Shown in pieces: positions 8,695 through 16,736 of a stretch of DNA of 31,726 nucleotides; position 1 is the stretch's first letter; each line of letters begins with the position of its first letter. The stretch is from a virus (taxonomy: Duplodnaviria > Caudoviricetes). The notes below the pieces were generated by a model. It ran no database searches. It had not been told where the DNA came from and saw only the letters and a list, made by a program, of their open reading frames with translations. The position numbers were made by a program, and so were the translations under genes. The DNA lies in the IMG/VR virus record IMGVR_UViG_3300017747_005784, positions 1 to 31,726 of that record, one strand, 5' to 3'.

Positions 8695-9342
8695 TCAGCT
8701 CTCGGTGATGTAGGGGATCGCGACCTCGTTGAGATCAGCCACCACGTCCTCGAGGTAGTAAGCCACCTCGCAGATGATGGGGGTGCCGCCGGTGGCGGTC
8801 GAGGTCAGGGTCGAACCAGCGGCCGTACCAGTGCTGTCGGTCACAAAGACCTTCAGGGTCAGGGCCGAGCCCGTGATCGCCACAGGGGTGATCACACCGA
8901 ACACGTTGGCCACAGGGGCCACAGTGGTGCTCGCCACGGCAATTGCCGAGGAGTCCGTGCCCAGGGCGGTGGCGGCAATGGTGCCGGTCGCCGCGGTGGA
9001 CACTGCGCTAGCCAGCTTCAGGCGGTTGGTGTTGGTTCCGACCAGGCTGCTGAAGGCGCTGCCAACGCTGCGGTCTTCGCGCAGATCGGGGACGCGGACA
9101 CCCAGGTGATACACCTTGGCACCCACGGGCACCACCAGTCCGGTGATGTTGGCCCGAGGCTTGTCGTCGGCGCGCATGTCCGGCGACGGGATGATCACAT
9201 CGAAGCTGGTGCCGCCGGTGGCGTTCACCAGGGCATAGCCAGTGACGTGATGGTAGGCGCGGCCAGGAACGCAAACCGCAGGCTGCCCCTGGTAGGAGCT
9301 GAGGCGATTGACGTAGTTGCCGGGATAGATCTTCTTCGCCAT
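8695..9342 (-). CDS. Putative capsid decoration/minor capsid protein
   Basis: 215 aa, Thr/Ala/Val-rich, immediately downstream of the MCP with a strong SD (AGGAGG) and followed by a terminator. Confidence 0.6.
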   Translation of the reverse strand: MAKKIYPGNYVNRLSSYQGQPAVCVPGRAYHHVTGYALVNATGGTSFDVIIPSPDMRADDKPRANITGLVVPVGAKVYHLGVRVPDLREDRSVGSAFSSLVGTNTNRLKLASAVSTAATGTIAATALGTDSSAIAVASTTVAPVANVFGVITPVAITGSALTLKVFVTDSTGTAAGSTLTSTATGGTPIICEVAYYLEDVVADLNEVAIPYITES

Positions 9343-9356
9343 GGTTCTACCTCCTA

Positions 9357-10499
9357 TCAGTAGACGAAGGAATAAGCCACGGAGACGAAATCCCTATTCA
9401 GGATCTCGAAACCAGCGAAGAGCGACCAGATCATGATGATGAAACGACTGAAGTCGTCGTTGTTGTTCAACAGGATCTGGGCGTTGTTACCGCCGATGCC
9501 CACGCCAACGGCCTGGGGGCCAAAGAACAGCATGGGGGCTGCCGTGGTCACCGTGTTGGTGATCGAGGCATCGGTGATGGTCACCTGCAGCGACTTCTCA
9601 GGCAGGTTGGTGCTCTCGAACCAGCGGACACCTTCAAACAGGAAGCCGGAGGGCATCACGGGCTGACCAGCCACGAAGCCGGCCTGGCCGTAGGCGGGAC
9701 CCATGCCACGGAAGAAATTGGCATTGGGAGCCAGCTCGGGCTGCATGGGATTGACCATCCCGTTGCCCGCGTAACGCGCGATCTCACGGAACGCATCGTT
9801 CTGCCGCAGGTGCATCATCGCCGTGGGGTCGGCAATGCAGCGGTAGTACCCATCAGCAAAGGTGGGCACGTTGCGCTTACGCATGTCCTTGACGACCTCG
9901 AGCAGGTCGGTCTTGACATCGAACTTGGCGGATTCGCCGGTGGCGTAAGTCAGGAAAGGAGCCGAAGCCGCCTTGGACTTCTTCAGCGGGTAGTAATAGC
10001 CACCCTTGGTGCTGTCAGCCGCGCCATTGGCTTCGGCTTTGAACAGCTCATCGGCGAACACGCGATCACGCCAGCGACGGTAATCGTCGAGCAGGGTGAG
10101 GCTGCCGATGGACTGGTGGAACACATTCAGGTTGCCGGTGTCCAGCAGCAGGCGCTGGGCGGTCAGCAGGGTCTCCCGTGCCACCTTGAATGTCGAGGGA
10201 GCACTGGTGTCGGTAGGATCCGCAGGACCGGTGTACTCCTTCAGATTGACAAGGACCTTGTCCTTGACAATGCTGCGCGAAGATGCAGTGCCAAGAGTCT
10301 GATCGGCGGTGCGCTCGCGGCTGTCTTTGGTTCCCGGGGAACCCCAGAAGCGATAGCGGTCAAGTTGCACCGTCTGGCCGGGCTGCTTCGCGAAGTCGTG
10401 AACCACGACAGGCTCAACAGCCATCTCAACGATGTAGCTGGGATGGGGCCGATACAGCTCTGCACCAAGCAGCTTCGGAAAATCGTTGTCAATCCACAT
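9357..10499 (-). CDS. Major capsid protein (HK97-type fold; N4 gp56-like pattern)
   Basis: 380 aa from ATG 10499. Motifs PGQTVQLDRY, Y.CIADP...LRQN, G.LFEGVRWFESTN, FFGPQAVGVG, DDFSR...W...GFEILN, plus its position in the head module. Confidence 0.85.
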   Translation of the reverse strand: MWIDNDFPKLLGAELYRPHPSYIVEMAVEPVVVHDFAKQPGQTVQLDRYRFWGSPGTKDSRERTADQTLGTASSRSIVKDKVLVNLKEYTGPADPTDTSAPSTFKVARETLLTAQRLLLDTGNLNVFHQSIGSLTLLDDYRRWRDRVFADELFKAEANGAADSTKGGYYYPLKKSKAASAPFLTYATGESAKFDVKTDLLEVVKDMRKRNVPTFADGYYRCIADPTAMMHLRQNDAFREIARYAGNGMVNPMQPELAPNANFFRGMGPAYGQAGFVAGQPVMPSGFLFEGVRWFESTNLPEKSLQVTITDASITNTVTTAAPMLFFGPQAVGVGIGGNNAQILLNNNDDFSRFIIMIWSLFAGFEILNRDFVSVAYSFVY

Positions 10500-10560
10500 G
10501 GGACGAAACGCTCCGAGAGGAAAGGTGAAAGCAAGGGCATGCAATTTGCCCTCTGCTTCT

Positions 10561-10590
10561 GACTATAGTGAAGTTTTGTAGGGAAAACTT
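10561..10590. promoter_or_regulatory. Divergent control region between the MCP and the LAGLIDADG genes
   Basis: Palindrome ACTATAGT (10562-10569) gives a TATAGT -10-like hexamer on both strands. Inverted repeat AAGTTTT-N6-AAAACTT at 10571-10590. Confidence 0.5.
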
Positions 10591-11352
10591 TTGGAGCCCG
10601 CCGACGTACGCGGCCTGCTGGCTCTGCTCCTCGTCGACGGCAGCCTGATGCCCTACCGCAGTCCCAGTGGTGGCTACGTGCAGCTGACATTGACGGCCGG
10701 AGTGCATGAGTCGGCTTTTCTCGAGGAAAAGGTCGCCGAATTCCGCCACTTCATTGCTACCGAAGCGCAAATTGCTCCCTACAAAACAGCGCCCCGCCAT
10801 AACGGCCGCTGCTCCTGGGTGCTGCGCTTTCGCGTCTCCACCAATCGTCTGCGGCCGATCTACAACCTGCTCTATCCCCACGGCGAGCGCACCATCACGC
10901 CGCTGGCCCTGGAACTGCTGGGAGGCAATGCCGCCGCCTGGCTCTGGGCCGAAGGAGCCCGGCCCCGCAATGACGGCAGTGTCGAGCTGGCCCGGGTCGG
11001 ACGCAGCCCCGAGGAGGCTCAACAGATCGCCGCCTGGCTGGAGTTACTCACCGGCGCCCAATCCCGACTGGATGAGCAGCGCGTGCAACCACGTCTGCAA
11101 TTCAACTGCAGCAACGCCGACAAATTGCGCCAAGCCCTGGCGCCCTATGCGCCGTCGAGCCGGCGGCACCTGTTCACTCGTGAGATCTGGGATGAGCGCA
11201 GCCTTCGTAGTGCACGCACTGAGCTACTGCTTGGGCCGGGGGAAGCTCAGCCTCAAGGGGGCGGCCATGCGCCCATGGCTGACGCTGCAGCGACCGGAGA
11301 CCGAGCGGCCCTACCTAAGTCATCAGCTGCGGCAGTTGCGGCGCTTGCATGA
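10591..11352 (+). CDS. LAGLIDADG-family (double-motif) endonuclease-like protein 1
   Basis: Motif 1 RGLLALLLVDGSL and motif 2 AAAWLWAEG. The intervening LRFRVST..LRPIYNLLYP.G.R.IT...L..L pattern is typical of LAGLIDADG_2 domains. TTG start. Confidence 0.75.
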   Translation: MEPADVRGLLALLLVDGSLMPYRSPSGGYVQLTLTAGVHESAFLEEKVAEFRHFIATEAQIAPYKTAPRHNGRCSWVLRFRVSTNRLRPIYNLLYPHGERTITPLALELLGGNAAAWLWAEGARPRNDGSVELARVGRSPEEAQQIAAWLELLTGAQSRLDEQRVQPRLQFNCSNADKLRQALAPYAPSSRRHLFTREIWDERSLRSARTELLLGPGEAQPQGGGHAPMADAAATGDRAALPKSSAAAVAALA

Positions 11353-11782
11353 AACGCCGCTGACGGTGCACCAGGACCGATTGCCCGGCGAGGGTTTCTA
11401 TGACATCGAGAGGGTTCGACTGCAGGGAGAAGGGCTCTACCAGGTCTACGAACTGCTCTACCTCCGGGACCGCTGGACCCTGTCCACTGAAGTGCTGCAG
11501 CTGTGCGGCTTGCGAGGCCTGGCCGCCCTGTGGCTGGATAGCGGCAGCTGGCATGCCGGCAAGGCCCGCTTTGGCACCCAGCACAGCCAATTGCGCGACC
11601 TGGATTTCTGGATCCTGCGCCAGTACTTGGCCGACTTGGGCTTTGAAAGCGATCCCAACATCCGCAAAGGCGAAACCAAATCCTTGGCCATTCGCTACAG
11701 CCAGGGCGACGCGTTAATGACTGCGCTACGACCCTACGTTCAGCGCGACATGCGCCACAAGCTGCAGAAACGAAGCCGCTAG
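11192..11782 (+). CDS. LAGLIDADG-family endonuclease-like protein 2, degenerate active site
   Basis: From ATG 11192 (MSAAFVVH): motif 1 SYCLGRG, motif 2 GLAALWLDSGS, also VYELLY and a C-terminal LRPYV...MRHKL typical of the family. Confidence 0.7.
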   Translation: MSAAFVVHALSYCLGRGKLSLKGAAMRPWLTLQRPETERPYLSHQLRQLRRLHETPLTVHQDRLPGEGFYDIERVRLQGEGLYQVYELLYLRDRWTLSTEVLQLCGLRGLAALWLDSGSWHAGKARFGTQHSQLRDLDFWILRQYLADLGFESDPNIRKGETKSLAIRYSQGDALMTALRPYVQRDMRHKLQKRSR

Positions 11783-12014
11783 CATGCGTGGGCCCCAAAG
11801 AAGAACGGCGTCAGGGGCACTCCCTCCAGGAGCTCAAGTTTTTGTCGTTTCCTTGGGCTGGCAACCGATCCGCCGTGCGGCTCGCTACCGTGCGGCGGCG
11901 CCTGGCTTTTGCGCTCTATTAACATGCACTGAGGCGTCAGGGCGGCATGCATCTCGTCTTTAGCATGATGGATCGGGCTGCCGCTTTCTCGTGGGCCGCT
12001 GGGAGGCGACTGCC

Positions 12015-12815
12015 ATGGGCCTGCTGACCCAGTCGGAAGCCATCGAAGCGCTGCGCAAAAGCTATGGCGGCAGCGACAACACGCAGCCGTCATTTTTGCG
12101 GCCGCAGTATGTGCAGCACAATTCACCGCACAAAGCGCGCGACTTCGGCATGCGCGACAACCTCAGCGCTGTCATCAGCGGCGTGGTTGGTAGCGAAACC
12201 GGCGCCGCCACCCTGTTCTTTAAGGTCACCTGCGCCAATCCCACTGACCTGCGCATCTTGCAGGGGCGTGTCAATGATCGCACCGACCACTACATCACCG
12301 TTGGCATCTGCGATGGCGAACGCCGCCCGCTAAGCCTCGATGAGGCCGGCTTTGCCCGCAGCAACGACATTCACAACACCGACGTCAACGAGCGGCTAGC
12401 CCGGCAACCGGCCGGCACCTACTACTTCACGGTCAGTTCGACCCAGTGGCAGTCCCTACCCTTCGCCGTAGCGCTGCTGGTGATCAGCTACCGCGAGCTC
12501 CTCGGCAGCAGTGCTGGCAGTGGTGGCTTAGCGGGGCGGCTGGCAATGGCCAAGCTCAACGGCGCGGCCGGGGGCGCCAACAGCAACCGCGCCACGTTGG
12601 CGAGGCCCAGCAGCATCAAAACCCTGGGCGGCAATGCCGGCGGCAGCGCTCCACTGGGCTCGGCCCTGGCCATCCCACGCGGCGTCGCCACGGGCAGCCT
12701 GCTCCTGCAGGGGCGCCTTAAGCAATACCACAGATTGCAAGCTGCAGCGGGCGGCTCTCTTCTGCCCCGCGGCACCCTGACGGTGACCTCATCTGGCGGT
12801 GGCTACGGATATTAA
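12015..12815 (+). CDS. Putative structural protein: beta-sandwich N-terminus and Gly-rich C-terminal repeats
   Basis: ATG 12015 with GGAGG upstream. PAGTYYFTVSS strand motif; repeated L.G.A.G segments. Confidence 0.55.
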   Translation: MGLLTQSEAIEALRKSYGGSDNTQPSFLRPQYVQHNSPHKARDFGMRDNLSAVISGVVGSETGAATLFFKVTCANPTDLRILQGRVNDRTDHYITVGICDGERRPLSLDEAGFARSNDIHNTDVNERLARQPAGTYYFTVSSTQWQSLPFAVALLVISYRELLGSSAGSGGLAGRLAMAKLNGAAGGANSNRATLARPSSIKTLGGNAGGSAPLGSALAIPRGVATGSLLLQGRLKQYHRLQAAAGGSLLPRGTLTVTSSGGGYGY

Positions 12816-12878
12816 GGCTTCTCGCTGACGCTCGCCGTCAAGAAATTGCCACAATAGGAAGGACGATCCGGGCGCGAC

Positions 12879-13301
12879 ATGGCCTTCTCGCAATACCTTG
12901 CGACAGAGATTCTTGAGTGGGTCAAGGGAATCACGTTTGCCTCGGCGCTCAGCAATGTTTACGTCTCCGTCCACACCGGCGACCCTGGCACGGCGGGCAC
13001 CAGCAATGACGTCACCAACAACGTGACCGGAACGGCCAATCGCGTGGCCATCTCCAGCGCTGCCTTCTCCGTGGTCGGAGCGGCCAGTGGCGGTGGCTTC
13101 CAAATCACCAACACCGGCACTGTGCAGCTGACCACCAACGCCGCCAATGTCAGCACCCAATCCATCAGTCACTTTGGCCTCTGGGATGCGCAAACCGGTG
13201 GCAACTTCCTGGCCTCCGGTGCACTGACCACCAGTGTCGATGTGCAGAACGGTGACACCGTGCAGTTCAACATCGGCGCCATGGCCGTGCGGGTGGTCTG
13301 A
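12879..13301 (+). CDS. Small phage tail/fibre-associated protein
   Basis: MAFSQYL...VYVSVHTGDPG.AG...RVA...SHFGLWDAQTGGNFL..G.L.....V..GD...F matches a widespread ~130 aa phage tail protein family. Confidence 0.75.
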   Translation: MAFSQYLATEILEWVKGITFASALSNVYVSVHTGDPGTAGTSNDVTNNVTGTANRVAISSAAFSVVGAASGGGFQITNTGTVQLTTNAANVSTQSISHFGLWDAQTGGNFLASGALTTSVDVQNGDTVQFNIGAMAVRVV

Positions 13302-13354
13302 TGGTCAAGCCCAAGTCAAGCGCTGCGACACCGCGGCATCGCGAGCCGGTCCAC

Positions 13355-13379
13355 AAAAAGACCCGCCAAGGGGCGGGTC
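13355..13379 (-). terminator. Rho-independent terminator between convergent genes
   Basis: Minus strand GACCCGCC-CCTT-GGCGGGTC-TTTTT: perfect 8-bp stem and U-tract. Confidence 0.8.
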
Positions 13380-13432
13380 GGGGCTCAAAGACCAGTCACG
13401 GCCGCAAGTTGCCCATTGGCCAAGGACGCTAG

Positions 13433-13882
13433 TCAGGCGCGATCGACCTCCAGCTGGTACTTGATTGTGGACGCGTCGCGGCGCTCAACGATCACATACA
13501 GGCGATCGCTGGTGTTGACCGCAAACGCGCCAAGGACCAAGCTGCTAGTGCTGTTGGCCGGAGCCTTGTTCGCCAGCACCGTGGCCGCCGTAGAGGGGGT
13601 GTTGACGCCATCGACTTGGCGTACCACCGCAACCCGGCCGATCCCGCTGAGCCGGGCCGTGAAACCATTGGTGCCCACCGGCCGCAGGGTGATCGTGTAG
13701 GAACCAGTACTGGCGCCGCTGCCATCGGTGATTTCATAGAAATCGACCGAATCGGTGATGCGGGTCACCGAACTGAAATTGACGCGCTGACTGTTGGCCT
13801 TGGGACCGACCAGCTCGGCGGGGCCCGTAATCACGCGCTTGCCGGAAGAACCGAGGCGAATGATTTTATCGATAACAGCCAT
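13433..13882 (-). CDS. Hypothetical beta-rich protein, possibly structural
   Basis: ATG 13882 preferred over GTG 13912, which abuts a TAGACT hexamer. Followed by a terminator. Confidence 0.6.
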   Translation of the reverse strand: MAVIDKIIRLGSSGKRVITGPAELVGPKANSQRVNFSSVTRITDSVDFYEITDGSGASTGSYTITLRPVGTNGFTARLSGIGRVAVVRQVDGVNTPSTAATVLANKAPANSTSSLVLGAFAVNTSDRLYVIVERRDASTIKYQLEVDRA

Positions 13883-13924
13883 GTCGAAGTGTCCAAAAGG
13901 ACTGCTGGTCACAGTCTAACGAGA

Positions 13925-15091
13925 TCAATAAATCCACACAGCACTAGGTTTCACGCCACCGCGGGAATGAAACCGTCCGCCATCGCGAGTATCGATGTGA
14001 ATGAATCCTCGCGGCCGGCCGTCGCCGTAGCCACCACTCCAGCGCGGCAGCAGCCAGCGATGGAATTGCTCCAGCGATCCATCGACCGGACAAATATCCA
14101 AAGCCATGCCCTTGACGTGAAAACTATTCGGTACGCCACCCACCTGGCGATTGATGGGCTCAGGCCGGTACCCACTGGTGATCCCCAGGGGACCCTTCCA
14201 GGCCTCGCGAATGGCATCAAACTCGCGGCACAGAGCCAGGATCGCCTTCTCTTCGGCACTGCCGGGCCTGGGGCGACGACGAGAGTCGTACTGCAACACC
14301 TCGCCGACACTGATGTAACGCCCGACAGCGGCGTTGAAATCACCCCAATCCACGGCCACAGTTACGACAGCAGCGGCGGCGGCTCCCGCCGCGCGCCAAT
14401 GGGGCAGAAACGCCGCCCAGTGCGCGCCATCGGACTCCAGCGTGAACCAGCCATGGGAATCGCGAGCGATTTCATCACAGCGGCTCAGTGTCAAGGTCTC
14501 ACCCTTGGCGATGGGACGCTTACCCAGATCCGAAAGCCAGGCCCCATCGATCGGCGCCTTCTTAAGCCAAGTGTCCTGCAGTGCGATGAATCGCAGCATG
14601 GTGCTGTCCTCCGAATTCCAAAGAGCGGCCTCCTCCTGGCGGCGGCGCACCAGGCCCGGCAGGGGGCGCCCACCGGCGTTGACATAAAGCCCCAGGGCGC
14701 CGGCCATGGAGCGGTACGCCTCGGGCCGCTGCGCGCCCTCCTGTAGCACGCGGCTGATCGTCTCGAACCCCTCGCTGCCGTAGAAGCGAGCGCCCATATT
14801 CCAGGCGAAGCTGAACAGGACCGCCTGCCGTGAAGGACCAAAGCGCGCCCAGCCCGGGATGCGTTCGAGCTGCGGGGCGTAGACCTGCCGCAGCATCTGC
14901 TCGAGGTAGCCGCGGCAGACCTGGCTGTCGCACACATCCCCCAGCCGGACCGGGCTGCCGTTGGGGTAGCGGGTCAGGCCAGCGCAGATGGTGGCCACGC
15001 CGACAGCATCGAGGTAGGCCTTGGTCTCGATGCCTTCAAAGCGCTCGATCAGATCGCGCGCCTGCTGTAACGCCTCAGGATGGGTCGCCAT
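13925..15091 (-). CDS. Endolysin: GH24 lysozyme, central domain and M15A Zn peptidase
   Basis: GH24 triad E-x8-D-x5-T (FEGIETKAYLDAVGVATI) and GLVRRRQEE. M15 motifs SGYR...NSFHVKGMALD (H-x6-D) and FIHIDTR. Start ATG 15091. Confidence 0.9.
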   Translation of the reverse strand: MATHPEALQQARDLIERFEGIETKAYLDAVGVATICAGLTRYPNGSPVRLGDVCDSQVCRGYLEQMLRQVYAPQLERIPGWARFGPSRQAVLFSFAWNMGARFYGSEGFETISRVLQEGAQRPEAYRSMAGALGLYVNAGGRPLPGLVRRRQEEAALWNSEDSTMLRFIALQDTWLKKAPIDGAWLSDLGKRPIAKGETLTLSRCDEIARDSHGWFTLESDGAHWAAFLPHWRAAGAAAAAVVTVAVDWGDFNAAVGRYISVGEVLQYDSRRRPRPGSAEEKAILALCREFDAIREAWKGPLGITSGYRPEPINRQVGGVPNSFHVKGMALDICPVDGSLEQFHRWLLPRWSGGYGDGRPRGFIHIDTRDGGRFHSRGGVKPSAVWIY

Positions 15092-15329
15092 GGGTCGCCG
15101 CAAAGCGCAAGGAGCGGCGCGGCGCGTCCTCCTGGCCGTCGACAATGCGCAAACCTTGTTGCAGGGCCGCCTGATCAGACAGTCCGCCACTGCGCAACTG
15201 GGTCACGAGCTCAGCCAGGTGCTCCATACGCTGAATCTGCGCCGAACGTTGCGACGATGCCCCAGCAACCTGCGCTGCCAGGGCATCGAGAACGTCAACT
15301 TGAGCAGCCAGCCGCATGGAGTGGCGCAC
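15075..15329 (-). CDS. Small hypothetical helical protein
   Basis: 84 aa GTG-start ORF filling the gap upstream of the endolysin; TACAGT hexamer at 15339-15344. Confidence 0.5.
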   Translation of the reverse strand: MRHSMRLAAQVDVLDALAAQVAGASSQRSAQIQRMEHLAELVTQLRSGGLSDQAALQQGLRIVDGQEDAPRRSLRFAATHGDPS

Positions 15330-15372
15330 GCTGTTATCACTGTAGCGATGCTGCAGCGTGCGCTATGAACGA

Positions 15373-15717
15373 CTAGGCCATGCCCAGGCGAGCAAGAATC
15401 GCCAGATCAGGATTCATGCCCTCAGGCGCCTGGGCAGCCATGGCCAGCACCCCGGCCCGGCCCGGCAGGGACTCCGGATCGACCAGGGACTGCACGGCGG
15501 CCTTGGCGCGGTAAGCCATGTCACTGGCCTGCTGCTGGCGCCCCTGCAGTTCGTGGCGCACCTCGTTCACCCGCTGAGGGAGTTCGGTCATGGCACGGCT
15601 TTCGGCCATGGCGCCCTGCTGCTGGGCAGCGAGCAGAAGCTGATGGCTACTGGGGGTGTTGGGACTGGCGTTGAGGCGCTGGGCGTCCAGATTCACCCTG
15701 GGAGGAAGGATGGCCAT
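15373..15717 (-). CDS. Hypothetical Gln/Ala-rich protein
   Basis: ATG 15717 with GGAGG upstream, directly after the scaffold stop. Confidence 0.6.
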   Translation of the reverse strand: MAILPPRVNLDAQRLNASPNTPSSHQLLLAAQQQGAMAESRAMTELPQRVNEVRHELQGRQQQASDMAYRAKAAVQSLVDPESLPGRAGVLAMAAQAPEGMNPDLAILARLGMA

Positions 15718-15719
15718 GG

Positions 15720-16736
15720 TCAACCCTCCGACACCAGAATCTTGCTGCGCAGGGCTTCAGGCGTCGCGGCCTGGGCCAGGAACTGGGAAGCAGCGGCGGG
15801 GTTTTGGTCCATCAGAGCTGAGAACGTCCCCCAGAAGTCATCGCCACCAGCGGCCTGCACGGCCGGAGCGGGCATGTCCAGCTGGGGACGGCGGAAGGCC
15901 GCAGCGGAAGCGGGGGCGGGCTGGGCGGCAGCAGGCGCAAAGCGCTGTTCGTTGGCCGCCACCTCAGCAGCCAGGCGGTCCGCCATGGTCTCGGTCGGGT
16001 AGGGACCGTTGGGACCAAAGAACTCGTTGACGTAGTTGGCGAGCAGATCGGGATTGCTCAGCAGGGTGTGATAAGCACCGTTGTCCTCGGCCGCGGCGGT
16101 GATTACCGTTTGGGCATCTTGGATTTGCTGCTGCAGGGTCTGGACTTGCTGCAGTGATTCGGCGGTCTGACGGGCCTGGGCCAGCAGGGCATCTTCGACC
16201 ACACAGGCGTAACGGTTCAGCAGTGCCGGAGCCTCAACGCCGAAGTGCTGCAGGACCTCAAGACTTTCGCCGCTGACGCTCGCGAGATACTCGTCGCTCG
16301 CGGCTGCGCTCGGCTCGGCGCTCGAGCTCAGTGCCGCTGACGGCATCGCCGGGGAAGAGACCGGCATTGCTTGGGGCATTGAGGTCAGCGGCGCCGTAAC
16401 GGACGGAGCCGCCTGGTAGCTCAGCGCTGCCGAGGGCGCCACCGCCTGTGGGGTCATCGGCCAGGAAGGAGCCTGGGGCTGGGATGGTTGCGGCGCGCTC
16501 AGGCTGGCGAGCAGCCCCTGGTAGGCCTGCTGCCAGGGATTGGCCTGGGGCATTGCCACCGGGGCCTCCGGCGCCGAAGGGTAGGACGCCGGCGCGGCCA
16601 TCGAGGCTGTCGGGAACGAAGCTGGGGCGTTCACCGCCTGGCTCGCTGGGTAGGCCGCGATCGGTGCGGCCACGCTGGAGGGGATCGAGGGTTGCGGGCT
16701 CGTTGGTGCCTGCACCGTCGCTGTACTGTCCTGCAT
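15720..16736 (-). CDS. Putative capsid scaffolding protein
   Basis: Pro/Ala/Ser-rich disordered N-terminus, central coiled coil and short C-terminal helix; follows the portal gene. Confidence 0.6.
   Translation of the reverse strand: MQDSTATVQAPTSPQPSIPSSVAAPIAAYPASQAVNAPASFPTASMAAPASYPSAPEAPVAMPQANPWQQAYQGLLASLSAPQPSQPQAPSWPMTPQAVAPSAALSYQAAPSVTAPLTSMPQAMPVSSPAMPSAALSSSAEPSAAASDEYLASVSGESLEVLQHFGVEAPALLNRYACVVEDALLAQARQTAESLQQVQTLQQQIQDAQTVITAAAEDNGAYHTLLSNPDLLANYVNEFFGPNGPYPTETMADRLAAEVAANEQRFAPAAAQPAPASAAAFRRPQLDMPAPAVQAAGGDDFWGTFSALMDQNPAAASQFLAQAATPEALRSKILVSEG

Noticed and set aside
10706-11191. N-terminal 162 aa of the listed 358 aa ORF
   Set aside because: It reads as alternate-frame, low-information sequence over LAGLIDADG-1; the recognisable domain starts at ATG 11192.
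9357-11782. LAGLIDADG ORFs as part of an intein or group I intron in the capsid gene
   Set aside because: The MCP is uninterrupted and on the opposite strand, with no intein C/S start or HN-C/S/T end motifs.
13616-14746. 376 aa plus-strand ORF, and similar long antisense ORFs at 4326, 9810, 18376 and 24790
   Set aside because: They lie opposite better-supported genes, lack motifs, and are expected in high-GC DNA.
15080-15099. 10-bp tandem duplication ATGGGTCGCC x2 at the endolysin start
   Set aside because: Too short to support a function, and only one copy gives an in-frame ATG on the coding strand.
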